From Paraspadella gotoi (taxonomy: Eukaryota; Animalia; Chaetognatha), in the NCBI GenBank assembly GCA_051294375.1, contig CM119264.1, positions 12,402,263-12,466,262 of the forward strand: a stretch of DNA of 64,000 nt, read 5' to 3'. The notes under the pieces were generated by a model that worked only from the letters and a program-made list of their open reading frames with translations, searched no databases and was not told the DNA's origin. Made by a program: the position numbers and the translations under genes. Positions within the stretch are counted from its first letter, which is position 1. Every line of letters begins with the position of its first letter. This document shows positions 26,378 through 40,699 of the stretch, in pieces.

Positions 26378-28736
26378 ACGCGCCCCTGATAACGAGATGT
26401 ATTCTCGTTAAACAAAAGGGAGGAAAAAAAAATATTGCCGGTAATTACTTCTCGTCTCCCCATTCTAGCGCCGCTTAGCGTCGGCCCGGTTGAGCGCCCT
26501 CGTCTGGACCGTCCCTAATCAAGCGCCCGAGGCCCCCGGCGGGTTCGGACCTTTTTAAGCTTTTACTGCGCGTTTGTATTTCATCTTAGTTAGAGAAGGA
26601 AGAGGGGACGGGTCGGTAAAAGAATATGGGAAAGAATTTAAGGGTTCGAGAATTAACACAGTGAAGATTATGAGTTCACTTGGTTTGGTATTACATTCAA
26701 TCGCTGCAGGATTTTGTAACGGATAATAATATTTTCTTTATATATCTTTTATAATTGTGTACGTACCAAATATTAATAAAATCGATGTTTTTAAGCTTCG
26801 GATCGAGCGAGACTAGATTGGTAATAAGACTAGCCTAATTAAGTCCTCGAGCTAATGATGTACCAATAATCAGGGAAAAGCTTGGCTAATATTCCGTAAC
26901 TAATGACGTTAGCGAAACAGTAATTGGACGCTTTGAAATGGGAGACTTTAATGCGACGAAACCAATGAACGTCAAAACGGAAATTATGTGTAACCATAAC
27001 TCTCTTCTCCGTCCTCTCCTCTCCTCTCTCATATACCTCAACTCTGCTCCTCAGTCCTTCCTCTCTCTCTCTCTGCTCTCTCTCTCCTCTCTCTCTCTCC
27101 CTTTTCATCTTCCTCTATTATATATCCCTCCGTTCGTATCGCTTTCTTAAAAAGAATTAACGAGTGACAGGCTGGAGTAATACATCAATCCATCAACAAG
27201 AAAAGTCACGAGGGAAAAAAACAAAGTTTCTTCCCATTTTTTTCCTCGCGTCACTTATTTTTCTCCTCATTCTATTTCACAATTTTTTTTCCCTCCTTTT
27301 ATTCGCATCTTGATATTTCTTTTCTAACTGGAAGTGGGAGTGTTTTGAGAGATAAGATTGGAGCGAAACCCAATTGGAGTGAAATCTCATCGAATCTAAA
27401 CTTAATCGGAATGAAAACCGATTAGATTGAAACTTCTTTTTATTATCCTCTCTTCTCATAAACGACTTCTTTAATTTTATGCACGTAGTCATCTTCTTGA
27501 TCGGGAGAATTTTAAAAATAAATTCAGCAAAAACCTCTGCGACTTCGACGACAACGACAACTCGATTGCCTCCGACTGAGTCTGATCCTGATGGTACGAC
27601 GCAAGCGTCACCTGGATTTCCAGGTGACGAACATTTTTTTTCCTCGTCTATAAAAACAACACAAAACGTGATTGGAAAGAAAAAAAATAAGAAATTCAGA
27701 AAAAATAAAAGAAAAAAAAATGGAGAAAATAGAAAGAAAGCGATAAAAAAAAGCTGCAGAATAATAAAGGAGAAAGAAAGAATCTCGTGAACTTTGCTTT
27801 CCTCCTTTTTTTTTCTTCTTAGTTCCGAAGGAAAAAGAAAGAAAGAATATTTCTGCTTCCTTCCTTTCGGTTATTATTGCCCACTCTCCAAACCGGATCG
27901 GAAGTCTCGCCGAGTGAGGAAAAGAGAGAGGAGAGAGAAGAAGAGATATGAAAGGAATGTTGGTGTTAGAGGAAATGGGGAGAGGGAAGAGAAAAGAGAG
28001 AGAGAGGAGAGAAGAAAGAGAGAGTAGAGAGAGAGAGAGAGAGAGATGAAGAGAGAGAGAGAGAGAGACGAGAAAGAGAGAAAATAAAAGGATGGGGAGG
28101 ACAGAAGATGTTTAGAAGCCGAAAAACAAAATAAGGGATGCAGGTCGAAAATGTTGAGTTCTCACTCTTACGAGAAAAGAGAACAAAAGACCAGAAATAG
28201 AGAGGTTTTGTTTTTTACGATCGAATAAAGATGTTTGGTCGAGAGAAAAGAAGAAAAACATAGATTTTTAAAGTGAATGATGGAATAAGGGAAGTGAGAT
28301 AAAAGAGAGAAAGTCGGTCAGAAAGGGACAGCAACATTTAATACCGACAGTCAACGACTTTTATTCCAAATTTTTACTAATAAGTCGCTCAAATTAAGGT
28401 ACAACATCAATCGTATTCCTGACAAGGCGCGGGGAAACTTCTAGATCCGAGTCGCCACATTTCATCCATCATGATGACTAGCGATAAGTCCCGACTCCTC
28501 AAACACAGCTGAGCCTTATAAATATCAAAAGAGCACATGATCTTTATTTATTTCAAAATATTTATTTTGCCTTGCACTGCAGTAAAAAGTCTTAAAACCA
28601 AGAGATTCTCGCTTGGAATTTGCGTCACGTCAACTGAAGGACGAAGCGTCACTTCCGTTCTCTCTTTCTGTCTCCTTCAGAGAACGTGTTATAACAACCC
28701 CTGTCTTGACCCTCAACATTTTCTCACCAAGTGGTG

Positions 28737-28849
<113 letters not shown>

Positions 28850-29491
28850 TTTCCAGATTTCTCCTCGACCTCTCAGACCTTTTATAACCCGTGACTTTTG
28901 AGACTTTGCTGACCCTTAAGTTTCGTTTTCTCTAAATATTATTGTTGCCCCCCATTTACCTTTCCGGCGTTTGTTTTTAGTTCCCCTCCTCTCGCCTCGA
29001 GGGACCTGCGCGCGGGTAAATAAACCCAAGGCTTTCTTTTCTTCTCTCTTCTTTTCTCTCTCCTATTTTTTTCTCGATCGCTCAAATCTCCACAAACCCA
29101 GACGCGCGATTCACCCACGCCTTACGCTTTTTGTCTTCTGTTCTCTTTCAAATTCGTTCTTCTTCCTCATCCCGCCATTTGCCTACTCTCTTTCTTTTTT
29201 CAGGTCTTTGAATTGTCGGCCGTAGAATAAAGTGTCAAGTTTTGATGATAAATTTATAGTATTTATAGCATAGTATGTTGCATCTTTGATTTTTGATGAG
29301 TCTTAGCGTCGTATCTTTTTATTATTTATACCAAGTAAAATTATAATTATTCATAGTTTAAAAGGCTACAATTTAAACAATTTATTTGTTTCAGAAAGAA
29401 CCTCGCTCTTGGAATCCACGTCTGTTAAGATCCATCTATCAAGTCATCATCGGATTTAAATACACATTTCATTGTAGAAAGAACTTAAAAT

Positions 29492-29526
<35 letters not shown>

Positions 29527-29814
29527 NNNNNNNNNNNNNNNNNNNNNNNNNNNNNNNNNNNNNNNNNNNNNNNNNNNNNNNNNNNNNNNNNNNNNNNNNN
29601 NNNNNNNNNNNNNNNNNNNNNNNNNNCTCTCTCTCTCTCTCTCAGTATGTCTCAGACCTTCCATTTTCTTTTCTACTCGGATTTCATTTTCCACTTTTCC
29701 ATTCATTTCCGCAAATCCCAGACCCAGTCAGCTTCTATCGGCTTTTTACTTTCTTTTTCCCCTTTTTTATTTTTTATATTTTATTATTTTTTCTTTTTAT
29801 CTCTGCTTTCTTTC

Positions 29815-29859
29815 TATTTTTCTTTCTTCTCTCTTTTTTCTTTCTTTCTTTCTTTCTTA

Positions 29860-29891
<32 letters not shown>

Positions 29892-29957
29892 TTTCTTCCT
29901 TTCTTTCTTTCTTTCTTTTTTTGTTTCTTTTTTTCTTTCTTTCTTTCTTTCTTTTTT

Positions 29958-30044
<87 letters not shown>
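29815..30044. repeat. (TTTC)n microsatellite
   Basis: Tetranucleotide run. Confidence 0.9.
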
Positions 30045-30781
30045 ATCCATTTACTTCATCTCTTTCTTCTTCTGAAAATCATTACGACTAAAACATTTCT
30101 ATTTTCACCGATGACCTCCGAATGACCATGTCGTCATCACAGTCAATTTTAAGTTTCTGCAGAAACTCCTCGACNNNNNNNNNNNNNNNNNNNNNNNNNN
30201 NNNNNNNNNNNNNNNNNNNNNNNNNNNNNNNNNNNNNNNNNNNNNNNNNNNNNNNNNNNNNNNNNNNNNNNNNNNNNNNNNNNNNNNNNNNNNNNNNNNN
30301 NNNNNNNNNNNNNNNNNNNNNNNNNNNNNNNNNNNNNNNNNNNNNNNNNNNNNNNNNNNNNNNNNNNNNNNNNNNNNNNNNNNNNNNNNNNNNNNNNNNN
30401 NNNNNNNNNNNNNNNNNNNNNNNAGAGAGAGAGAGAGAGAGAGAGAGAGACCCATCAACTCCTGCCGCTGGTGGATATGAAATATTCAAAATGTTTCCTC
30501 TTGACCTTTATTTCGCGTTGAATTGGGAAGCAGAGTTGCTGATTGTTTAATTTAATTTAATTTAATCGATTTTTCGAAACTTAATTAAATTTTGGAAATG
30601 AGAAAATAGAAAGGAGGAGATCGAGGAAGACTTCTAATCGAAATGCGATTAGTCTTAAAATAGTTATTAATGTCACATTTGTTAATTTTTTTGTCTTATT
30701 GTCTTCATTATTATTTTCATATCAATATTCGAAAATTCGAAATCTCATTGTCGTTTCTCTAACCTAAGTATTCGTATTCGG

Positions 30782-30863
<82 letters not shown>

Positions 30864-32883
30864 CCTTAATGGCCGAACTCATCATAAGCCACGCCTCCGC
30901 CTTTTGTGACGACTGGCGTCCTCGAACGGACAGAAACGGAAACAAACAAACAAAAGCCACTTCACCGACGACAAAAGGACATTCGCCGATTTTTGCCAAA
31001 CGAATTTCCTCGCCCTAAATCTTTTTCCAATTTTTTTTTTTTNNNNNNNNNNNNNNNNNNNNNNNNNNNNNNNNNNNNNNNNNNNNNNNNNNNNNNNNNN
31101 NNNNNNNNNNNNNNNNNNNNNNNNNNNNNNNNNNNNNNNNNNNNNNNNNNNNNNNNNNNNNNNNNNNNNNNNNNNNNNNNNNNNNNNNNNNNNNNNNNNN
31201 NNNNNNNNNNNNNNNNNNNNNNNNNNNNNNNNNNNNNNNNNTCTCTCTCTCTCTCTCTCCAAACAGAATCCATGCTTTGCTCGGTCCATTGGCATTGCCT
31301 TGAAAATTTACATAAATTGATGAAAATTTTTATATTTCTTATTCCCTTTCCCCTCTCTCTCTGCAACTCTCTCTCTCTCATATTCCCTCTTTTTCACGCT
31401 GTTTCTCTCTTTCTCCCATCCTCACTCAGCCGATGGCGATATTAAACTTTTGAGAAGATAATATATTATATTATTTAATCCCCAAGAAAATTAAAGAAAT
31501 AAAATTGCAACGGTTAAAAATGTCAGTTATCTGTGACCCTCAAAAAATATTCGGAATAACACTAAAAAAAGAAAATATTCCTTGTCATCGTTACATTCCT
31601 TTTGTGTGTACTACATGTAATGCAACTCGTGAACTGCCCCCTAGGAACCTACCTCTTGCGAGCATTCGATCGTTGCTATTTATAGTCTTTCTTCAACACG
31701 AGGAGGTTAACAGTAAATTCAGGAAGACGGAGATGAAAACAATCAAGAAACAATACATCGACCGAATATCGACGTGAAATGACGAATAGTAGAGAAAGAA
31801 AAGAGTTTTCCTTCAAGGAAACGACAGAGGAGAGAGAAGGAGAAAAAAGAGAGAGGGTGTGGGACGAAAGAGGAGGCCAACAACGAAAGACGAGAGAAAA
31901 GAGGAAAAAGAAAAACGGAGGAAAGGGTAGGGACTAAAAAAAAATGGGAGCCAATGAATTTAGAATCCGCGAAATGAAACACGCAGGGGAAATTTCCTTT
32001 TTTTTTCCTTTCTTTCTTTTTTTTTTCGGTTTCTTTTCGGTTTTCACTTTTCTCCACTTTTTTTTTGTTTCCGACTTTTTTGTTTTTTAAAAGAATAAAT
32101 TGAGGGTGACTTTTTTTCCCTCCTTTGAACGCACCGACTGTCAAAGAGGAAGGAAAAAAAAATTAAAAAGAAGTTGAAGCCGTGCATTCGAACCAAAAGA
32201 ACAAAAAGAGAGAGAAAAGGCTTAAGAAAACTGCAAGAAGATAAAACAAGCTCAGAGTCAGAGATACTGAAAAAAAAATATAACTCTAGGTGAAAATTTC
32301 TCACTGGGAAATAACATTTTTAAATTCATTATCTAAAAAAAATGGGGAAAAATTAAGCGATCGGGACTTCTCTGCGGCCAGGCTAACTCAAGAAACAACT
32401 CAAGAAAAATCAAGACGATGAAACACACGACTAAGAGAAGGCAAAAAGACAGAGCATGTCAAACTCCCGGTGAGCGTCAAACCACACTTTTTAAAGTCCT
32501 AAATTTTTGGGGTCTTTTTTTCAAGCGTCCAAAAATAGTCTTGTTCCTGAGCAGTCGGCGGTTGCCCAATGTCCATTTGTTCAATTTTCTCATATGATTT
32601 AATCTTAATCTTGTTATGAAGAATATTGTTTTTCCGAGTATAGTATTTCATAGAGAAAAAAATTTGATAATAACATATTACTTTAAATATACTCAGTGAA
32701 AGTTTGTTACACAATATTCGGCCCCATATATTTCGGTTTACAATTAAATTACAATATCAATATTCTAAAATATTTTATAACTAAAATAAAACGAGGAAAA
32801 AAGAGAAGAAACGAACCAGAGACGAAGAAAAGAAGATTTTGGAGCCAAGTTGGCACGAGTAGAGGGACTACTGTCCGAGAGAG

Positions 32884-32944
<61 letters not shown>

Positions 32945-33244
32945 TTCTTGTACATAATTCTATTTTAAGTTTATTTACTCACAAAGACACGTTATCTTTA
33001 TCGAGTTGATGGATATAAAAAGTTCAAAAAAGCCGACCCCGTTTCGAGCGAGACCATTTGTTTTTCATCGTTTTTTCTCTGATAAAATTCTCTTGCATAA
33101 AACTCATTCGTTTCTCAATTCCACAAAAGATAAAACAATTTTTATCTGCGAAAAAAACTTTGGCGCCCATTAACAAAAAAAAAGGATGAAGGCTTAAACT
33201 CTAAAAAAAAAGACATAAAACGTTAGAAAAAAAAATAAAGATCC

Positions 33245-33282
<38 letters not shown>

Positions 33283-33692
33283 GGGCGAACATGCGGGCAT
33301 AAAAGCGAAATAATCCCACAAAGAGGTTTTTTTTCTTCTCCCTTTTCTCCTTCATCCCTCATCAGAATTCTCGCATCCTCGTCACGCCATCTGTCTCCAC
33401 CCATCCGCTTCCATCCTTCCACCAACGCCATCTCTTTCCTCCTATCTTCCCCTCTTCCCTTCCATCGGCCAGCTGGATCCCGAACCGGGGCTGAATTATT
33501 CACTCCCCCCTGGTAAGTAGGGTAAGTAGAGATAGTGAGGAAGTGGGGAAGTAGGGGAGTGACGCACTGAGGAAACGTTAAGAAAGAAGACGACGAAGAC
33601 GAAGCGAGAGTCGTCGTAATAACGAACGGGCCAACGAGGAAGTATGGGTCACACGAAAAAATGGATCTCTCTCTCTCTTCTCTTCTTTCTTT

Positions 33693-33729
<37 letters not shown>

Positions 33730-33879
33730 CTCTCTCTTCTCTCTTCCTCTCTCTCTCTCTCTCCCTCTCTATTCTCCGTCACTTGCGCACAATATTCCGA
33801 TAAGAACCGATATTATCGGCGATATGTATGACGACCTCTCAGCTCTCTCTCTCTCTTCTCTCTCTCTTCTCTTCTCTTT

Positions 33880-33932
<53 letters not shown>

Positions 33933-34224
33933 TCTCCTCTTCTTTCTCTTTTTCTTTTTCTTCAATATGAATGACGAACTTGCGTTTGTGAATATTCTCT
34001 TTGAGGACTCTCCTTGGCTTTTCCTTCCTTGTAAAGGTTTTCTTTTCATTTCCTTATCTTTGTTTATTTACCTTTATGATCTGTCATTTTCTCTTCAAAC
34101 CTCCTTTAACTTCAAAAAAATCTTCCATATTTTTCTCTCATTTTTTCTTCTTTTTTTTTAATCTCCTTTTCTCACTCAACATTTTTTAAGATTGCTCTCC
34201 ATATTTCCCTCTCTCTACTCGGGA

Positions 34225-34605
34225 CGAAATCCTCTCTTTTTCTTTTCCCTTTCATTTCCTTTTCCTTCCCCTTTCATTTCCTTTTCCTTCCTTTTTCATT
34301 TCCTTTTCCTTTCCATTTCACTTCCTTTTCCTTCTTTTTCATTTCCTTTTCCAACCCCTTTCATTTCCTTTTCTTTCCCTTTTCATTTCCTTTTCCCTCC
34401 CATTTCATTTCTTTTTCCTTCCCTTTCATTTTCTTTTTATCCCCTTTCATTTCCTTTTCTTTCCCTTTTCATTTCTTTTTCTTTCCCTTTTCATTTCCTT
34501 TTCCCTCCCATTTCATTTCTTTTTCCTTCCCCTTTCATTTCCTTTATCATCCCCTTTCATTTCCTTTTCCTTTCCCTTTCATTTCATTTTCCTTCTTCTT
34601 TCCTT
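34225..34605. repeat. Pyrimidine minisatellite, about 22-bp unit TTCATTTCCTTTTCCTTCCCCT
   Basis: Repeated TTTCATTTCC cores at about 22-bp spacing; source of the F/S/P-rich ORF 34192-34815. Confidence 0.85.
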
Positions 34606-36253
34606 TTTTGTTTTAACCTTCACAGTTCACACATTTTTTTCCTCTTTTATTTCTTTTCTTCTATCTCTCCTTTCTCTCTAAAACTTCTTTCCTTTATCTC
34701 CTTTCCTTTCCTCGACCTCCATCACATCTCCCCTTTTCTTCTTTTCCTCATTTACTTCTGCATCTCTTCCCTCTTTTTCCCTCCTCTCTCTTTCCTGTGG
34801 CGAGTTCTTTCTTAATTGCGTTTGGACGAAACTAGTTTTTTTAAAAAAGAGGAGAAAAAAATCAGGGAGGAATAAGAAAGATGCGCGACTTTAGGCGTTT
34901 CTTCACTCTTTTTCACTTTAAGGGATTAACTTGGCTTTTCCTCCCTTTATCCTAAATCAGGTTTGCGAGAGTAAACTCGAAGAAAGTTTTAAATTCCCAT
35001 TCTATGCTACTATAGGAGAGAAAGGAGGAAAAGGAAAAAATAAAGAGTAAAATAAAAAGGAGAAAAAAAAAACCCCTATCTAATCCAAAAAAAGGCAGTT
35101 ACTATAATCGAATGAAAGGTTCGATCGCTGGCCGAAAACCTCCCTCGCTTGATTACCGCAATTAACTGAGGACGTTTATTGCTTTCCAGTGGGTCTGCTT
35201 GCTTGGAAGCCGCGGCGAAATTGCAAGCTTATCGTTTTTATGGAACCGCCTGCGATTTTTGCTTGGTTTCTGTAACCCCAGACCGAAGCCTTTTTTTTTC
35301 GAGCTGGGTTGTTTATTAGAAGGAAAAAAAAAACAATTAAAAATAAGTCGGTTTTTTTAAAGAGAAATTCAGGGAACAGAATAGATTGTCAAGAAGTGCT
35401 GTTTGTATGTAATAGATGCAACAGTCTTAAGTCTATGTATTAACCTGCATATTTTAGTTTTAATGTGGCATTATAGGTACATATAATTGTTTTAAGATAT
35501 TTTATCGGTTTTTATTTAGTCACAAAAGAATAATTCAATTTTTAAAAAAAATGAAAACTAAACAAAAGAAAAAAGAAATGAAAAAAAAAAACCTTTTAAA
35601 GAATATGAAAACGACAAGAGGATCGTCCTAAATATCGCCATAAAAAACCTGACGATTGCTTTATTAGATATAAAAATGCGAGGAATAAAAAAAAGAAGGG
35701 GGAATTTTTATAATCGATGAAATACGGAAATCTGGTCCGTGAGGGAAATGGCGGCGTAATCGGTTTAAGCGAAATGAGTTCGAGAGCCTCGCATCTGCAG
35801 CCCCCTGGCGCCCAATGTCGTCGTACAGCGTCGTCGTTGTTGTTGGTTTCGGCTCTCGTTGACTTAATATTTTCCCATCACGCCATCTTGATGTAAATCT
35901 TGTCGTTGTTGTCGTTCTAGCAGGGATTCTATGTCGATTGAGCAAAAAAAAAAAAAAAAAAAAAAAAAGAGCCCAGTTGGTTATCCTTTTTCGAAAACCG
36001 TCTTGTTCGTTTCGTCAACAACGGAAAAATAACGGCGATTGCGAACAGCAGATTTTTTTTTTCCGTATCGCGCTCCCGCACACAAACCGATTGCGCCACA
36101 CGAACCCAAGTCTCTCCGAATCCGCGACAAGCGAGAAAAAAATTTATCTGTCAAGAGACGGAAGAAAAAAAAAATCGGGGAAAACTGGGGGAAAAGGAAA
36201 AGCGGTATTAATGTTTTCAGGGGAAAATTATCGAGGTTTTTCTCCCTTGAAAT

Positions 36254-36254
<1 letters not shown>

Positions 36255-36300
<46 letters not shown>
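36255..36300. repeat. (GAC)n trinucleotide microsatellite
   Basis: Pure run; similar tracts at about 2400, 15170, 54630 and 59875. Confidence 0.9.
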
Positions 36301-38054
36301 AAGGACAAAATCAAGGACGACGAAGACGACAATGACAGCCAAGAAAAAAGAATAGGGAAATCCGAGAGAAAAAGAAAAAGAAGAAAAAAAAAAAGAGAAA
36401 AAATCGGGATTTTCTCACCTCAAAAAATCGAGGATGGGAAGATGAGCGTCATCGTTCATTGTGAGACTCGATTGATTGATAAAAGAGGAGGGTGAGGGGT
36501 GAGGAAGGAGGCGTGAAGTGAAATCTGCTTGGTAGGAAAGCAAAGAAGAAAAACACGAGACGTGTGATAAAAAGGAGGAAAGCAACCGTTTTTATAAAAA
36601 TTAACTAATTTCCGATTTAGAATTTTATATTTTTTTTTTTGTCTCCTCTCCCTCTCTCTCTCTTCTCTCCTCTCTCTCGTTCATTCGTCCTCTCTCTTCT
36701 CTCTCTCCCCTCCTCTACTCTCTCTCTCTACTCTCTCTCTCTCTCTCTTCTCTTATCGCTCGGCCAAGCACGTCTCTCTCCTTAAAGTCTCTTTAATCCT
36801 TCTCATTTTACTCCACCTCAAACGTCTCTGTCCGTTCTTTCTCTTTCCTCCCTTTCACCCTCGTAACCTTTCCTCCATCCTCCTATTTTTTCTCTTTCCT
36901 TTCCTCTCGTTCCACCTATTTTTCTTTTTCCTTTTTCATCCGTTTTCCTCCCGCTCTCTTCGCCCTGACCTTCGAGCCTTTTCTACTTTCCTCTCTGTTT
37001 CTCTTTCCTTCCTCCGACTCTTTTCTATATCTCTTTCGTCCGCCATGTTGCTCTTTCTGTACTCTTACTTTTTCGTCCTTCTCCAGTTCTTATCCATCCC
37101 TCTCCCTTTTCCCCAACACACCCCTCCCCCTTGCCCAGCCACAGACATTCTCGTTCTTCTGTTGTTTGACTGCGACGAAGATCACATAAATCGCGCTAGA
37201 CCGATTCTGTGTTGATTCCGCGGGAAAAGAGTTGGCCTATCCGTTTTTTTTTTGTTTTTTTTGTTTTTTACAGTTTTTACTTTTGGATTGTGTCACAATT
37301 TAAAAAGCCGATAAAGACTTTACTTAGCCTGTTATTTTTGTTTTTCACAGATGACATTATTAAGAAGTAGAAGAACATTATACGTATTTCATTTGAAATA
37401 TTAGCGGGTCGATAATTTAATTTTTAAAACATTTTCGATGATCCTTGTAGAAGTATGAATTAGTACAGCACTAAAAAAAAACGTTCGTTTCCCAATTCGA
37501 CGAATAGACAGAAGATCATGGAAAAAAGAGCGAACCCCCCCCGAAAGAACCTTTCTCAGTAACGCACGTTACTTTTATACTTGTTACGATTTTCTCGTTA
37601 CTTCGTTACTCGTTCCAGTCTAAAACAGAATAAAAAGGGATAAATGTGTCTTTTCTTTCGCCTTTATGAGATTCCATCCTGTCGAAAGGTGCTTCGTGGG
37701 TCCCAGGGATTTCATACCCATAAAATGGCCCGCTGGCGCAGCGAGTCTCTCGCCACCCATTAGTTTTTTTTCTTTGGAAATCCACCCCAATTCCGCAACA
37801 CGCTCGTTTGGCGTCGTCTACCAGGCCAACGTTACCACGATATCTCCGCCGACGCCGACCACCGGACCTTTTCTTAGTTTTTTGAGAGAATGGGCAGAAA
37901 GGGCGGGGGTGGGGAAACCGGTGTTTTTAATGACGTGGATCTTTTTACCCTTTAAAAGAAGACAATAAGTAATTATTATTATTATTGTAAATGAATATCG
38001 TTGTCTTATGGAATGGAAAACGAGATGGATCATATTACTTTGGTTTACTGTTAC

Positions 38055-38479
38055 TGTTAATGTCGCGGAGAATTATTTAAATATATGTTAGCGCGCTATC
38101 GAACTCTAGTTTTGCCTAGTTAGAAATTATAAGACAATAGAGCCAGATGTAAGAACCAAAGGATAACATGTGACAAGTTCAAACCTAGTAACAAACAAAG
38201 AATTAGCCATATTTTACTAAAATATTCATGGTTTTCATATCTTACAATTTGTGCTCCCGTCCCATGGACATAACTTAGATAAAGTCAAAGAAATACTAAA
38301 AGAATTATTAAATATTAAAGCATAAATTTTCTTTGCTCCAGCGTTCGTCTTTGGCAGTCAAAACTCTCAAAAGCTCAACTCTAAGAGCCTCGTTCCTATT
38401 GGAAGCGAGTCTCTTAATTAAGAGTTTGCCAGCCTTGTGTCGTGGGCGGAGGCGTCATAACGTGGCGAATATATATAAA
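38055..38479 (-). repeat. 3' LTR (about 425 bp) of the BEL/Pao element
   Basis: Matches 42704-43055 from position 38128; adjacent polypurine tract. Confidence 0.85.
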
Positions 38480-39559
38480 CTCTCCCCAGTTTTGACCTCA
38501 CAAACTAAAAGATATCGCCCGGTATCAAAGACTCTACCACGACTCTCCATTTAATCCCCTCTTGGATCTTTGCTCTGCTTTAGTTTTGTCTCCCCGCCCA
38601 CCGCTCTCGGAACTTGCTGATTCGCCTCCTTGGACTGGCCGATCGCTCTTCCTCAGATTTGCCAGCTTGGACTGCCGATCGCCGTTCCCGGACTGCTTTA
38701 TCGCCTCCTTGGAGCTCCCGATCGCCTGCTCGGACTGCTAATTTTTCGCCTCGAGTGAAAAACTTGTGTCTCTTCTTCCTCTCCTCCCCGTTTTCCATCG
38801 GGGCATTGTTGTTTTTGTCCTACCGTTTATGGTTTGTTAGTGCTTTTATTTTATAAATTCGCTTTTTCTCGCGATTTTTAATTTATTTATTTTTATTTTT
38901 TTAATTTGGGTTTTAATAAAAATTCTCTTTCTCTGCAGGGATTTAGTTTGTAGTTTGTATGATGTTTTCTTTTTCTAAGAATTATACGTGAGTTTGCTTT
39001 CTGCCATTTATAACGTAACAGTTCGTTTTCCAGTAAATTGTTCCTGTATTAAGTATATAGACTATTTTAAATAGTTTATTAGTGGCTTTAATTTTTATTG
39101 GATTTTAATCATTTATAATAATTTATAATCCAATTCAGTTGATTAATAACTAGTTATCATCAACATCGCGCTTTCTCCGCCGATGTGTTGCAACTTTGTT
39201 TTCCTAGGATTTCATCAGGTCTTAAGATTTTTCTAGATGTCGCGACGGTTTTGTTATGATCGAAATTATTTCTGAGAAATGTTGCCAGATAATACATTTT
39301 TTTTTTTTTTTTGATTTGCACTATTTTATATTCAAGTGAAATTTTAATGTTTCTATTACAGATTTTTACTAATTTGCTCACAATGAAAATTAATAACGAC
39401 AATATATCTTTAAGTTATTTTTGTAATCTTAATCATAGTTTGTTTTTCTTTTTTTAAAGTTAATTCAATATGAATTCAAGCAATAAGTTATAACTTGATC
39501 CAAATTTAAATTCTGGACTCGCCACAAGTTCGTACCGGTTTTTTTTAATGTCATCTTTG

Positions 39560-40600
39560 TCTGCGACAGCGTTGTTCTCCCGTAATTGGTCTTAAACGTT
39601 TCTGACCATCCTCCGGTCAGCCTCCTCACGTTCGTAGTCCTTCTCTCGAACTTGGCCTCTTTCTCTCGAATTTTTAGCTTCTAGTCTTTTCCTTTTCATT
39701 CTCGTCCTTCTGCTATCCTCAGCTCTCAGTTTTTTTCTAGATCAGTACCCGTTCCTGTCATGCCATCCAATTCTTTCAGAAGCTTGTTTCTCTCAGCTCT
39801 AATTTCTCTCCAAATCTCTTCTATTTGAAGCTCGTGTGTTGGCTCCGTCTGGACTTTAACGCCTTGCTCTGTTTTTTTTTTTTTTTCTTTGCTCATCCCT
39901 GTGGCCTTAGCATTGTTCCCACCTCTTGTGGTGTGACTATCCGTTTGGTGAGGCAGGTTGTCGCGTCTTCCTTTCCTTTTTCCACCCAAATTCTTTACCA
40001 AGACAGCTCATAAGCTTTCTCTCGTCCGCCTGCGCGCTTCGCCACACGCCACCAGGTTCTCCTATTCTCTGAATAGTGTGGTATTTTTTCCTTTTGCGTT
40101 CCAATGTGCTGCAAAAGCGGTACTCATCGCCGCTTCCCAGGATCAGTGGACTGCTAGGCGGTCCGTGGGCGCCAGCTGTGAGGTGAATTTTCTTTGATGG
40201 ATTTCTTGAGGAAGCTTCCTGCTTTGTTTTAAAACGTTTGAGATTTTTTAATTATTTAATAATTTTTTTTTTTTTTTTTTTTTTTTTTTTGTGCTCTCGA
40301 TCTCCGTACCTCCTCAGGAAATAAGTTTTTTTCATTCCTTTGTGGGATCCAAGACGTAACATCCTCTCATTTAAAGTCTTCATCTTCTGCATGGAGATAA
40401 TGAAGTCTTCTTCCATAGCGATGACTTGTTCTCGAGGATTAAAAAAAAATTCACTCAAATGACTTTTCCAAAAAATCAGAATTTAACCAAAGAGACGTTT
40501 GCTTCGTTATGGCGCACAATAGGTGGGGGTAAAGCGGTTTTTTTAACCACGACTGTTTGCTTGCTTGAAGAATCATTTGCTTTTGCGTTTATTCAAATTA
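39560..40600 (-). other. Frameshifted putative accessory ORF in the BEL 3' region
   Basis: Successive minus-strand open stretches (SEFFFNPREQVIAMEEDFIISMQKMKTLNERMLRL; PLILGSGDEYRFCSTLERKRKKYHTIQRIGEPGGVW; ELQIEEIWREIRAERNKLLKELDGM) separated mostly at homopolymers. No domain recognised. Confidence 0.35.
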
Positions 40601-40699
40601 ATTCAAATGTTTAGTTGATTATTTGTTTTGTTTTGTTTTGTTTTTTTTTTTTTTTTTTCAGGAACTGAAATCTTTAACAGGGTAAGTATTTTAATATCT

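Noticed and set aside
35938-36495. 185-aa ORF with poly-K and poly-D
   Set aside because: Built from poly-A and (GAC)n runs, non-ATG start, no domain.
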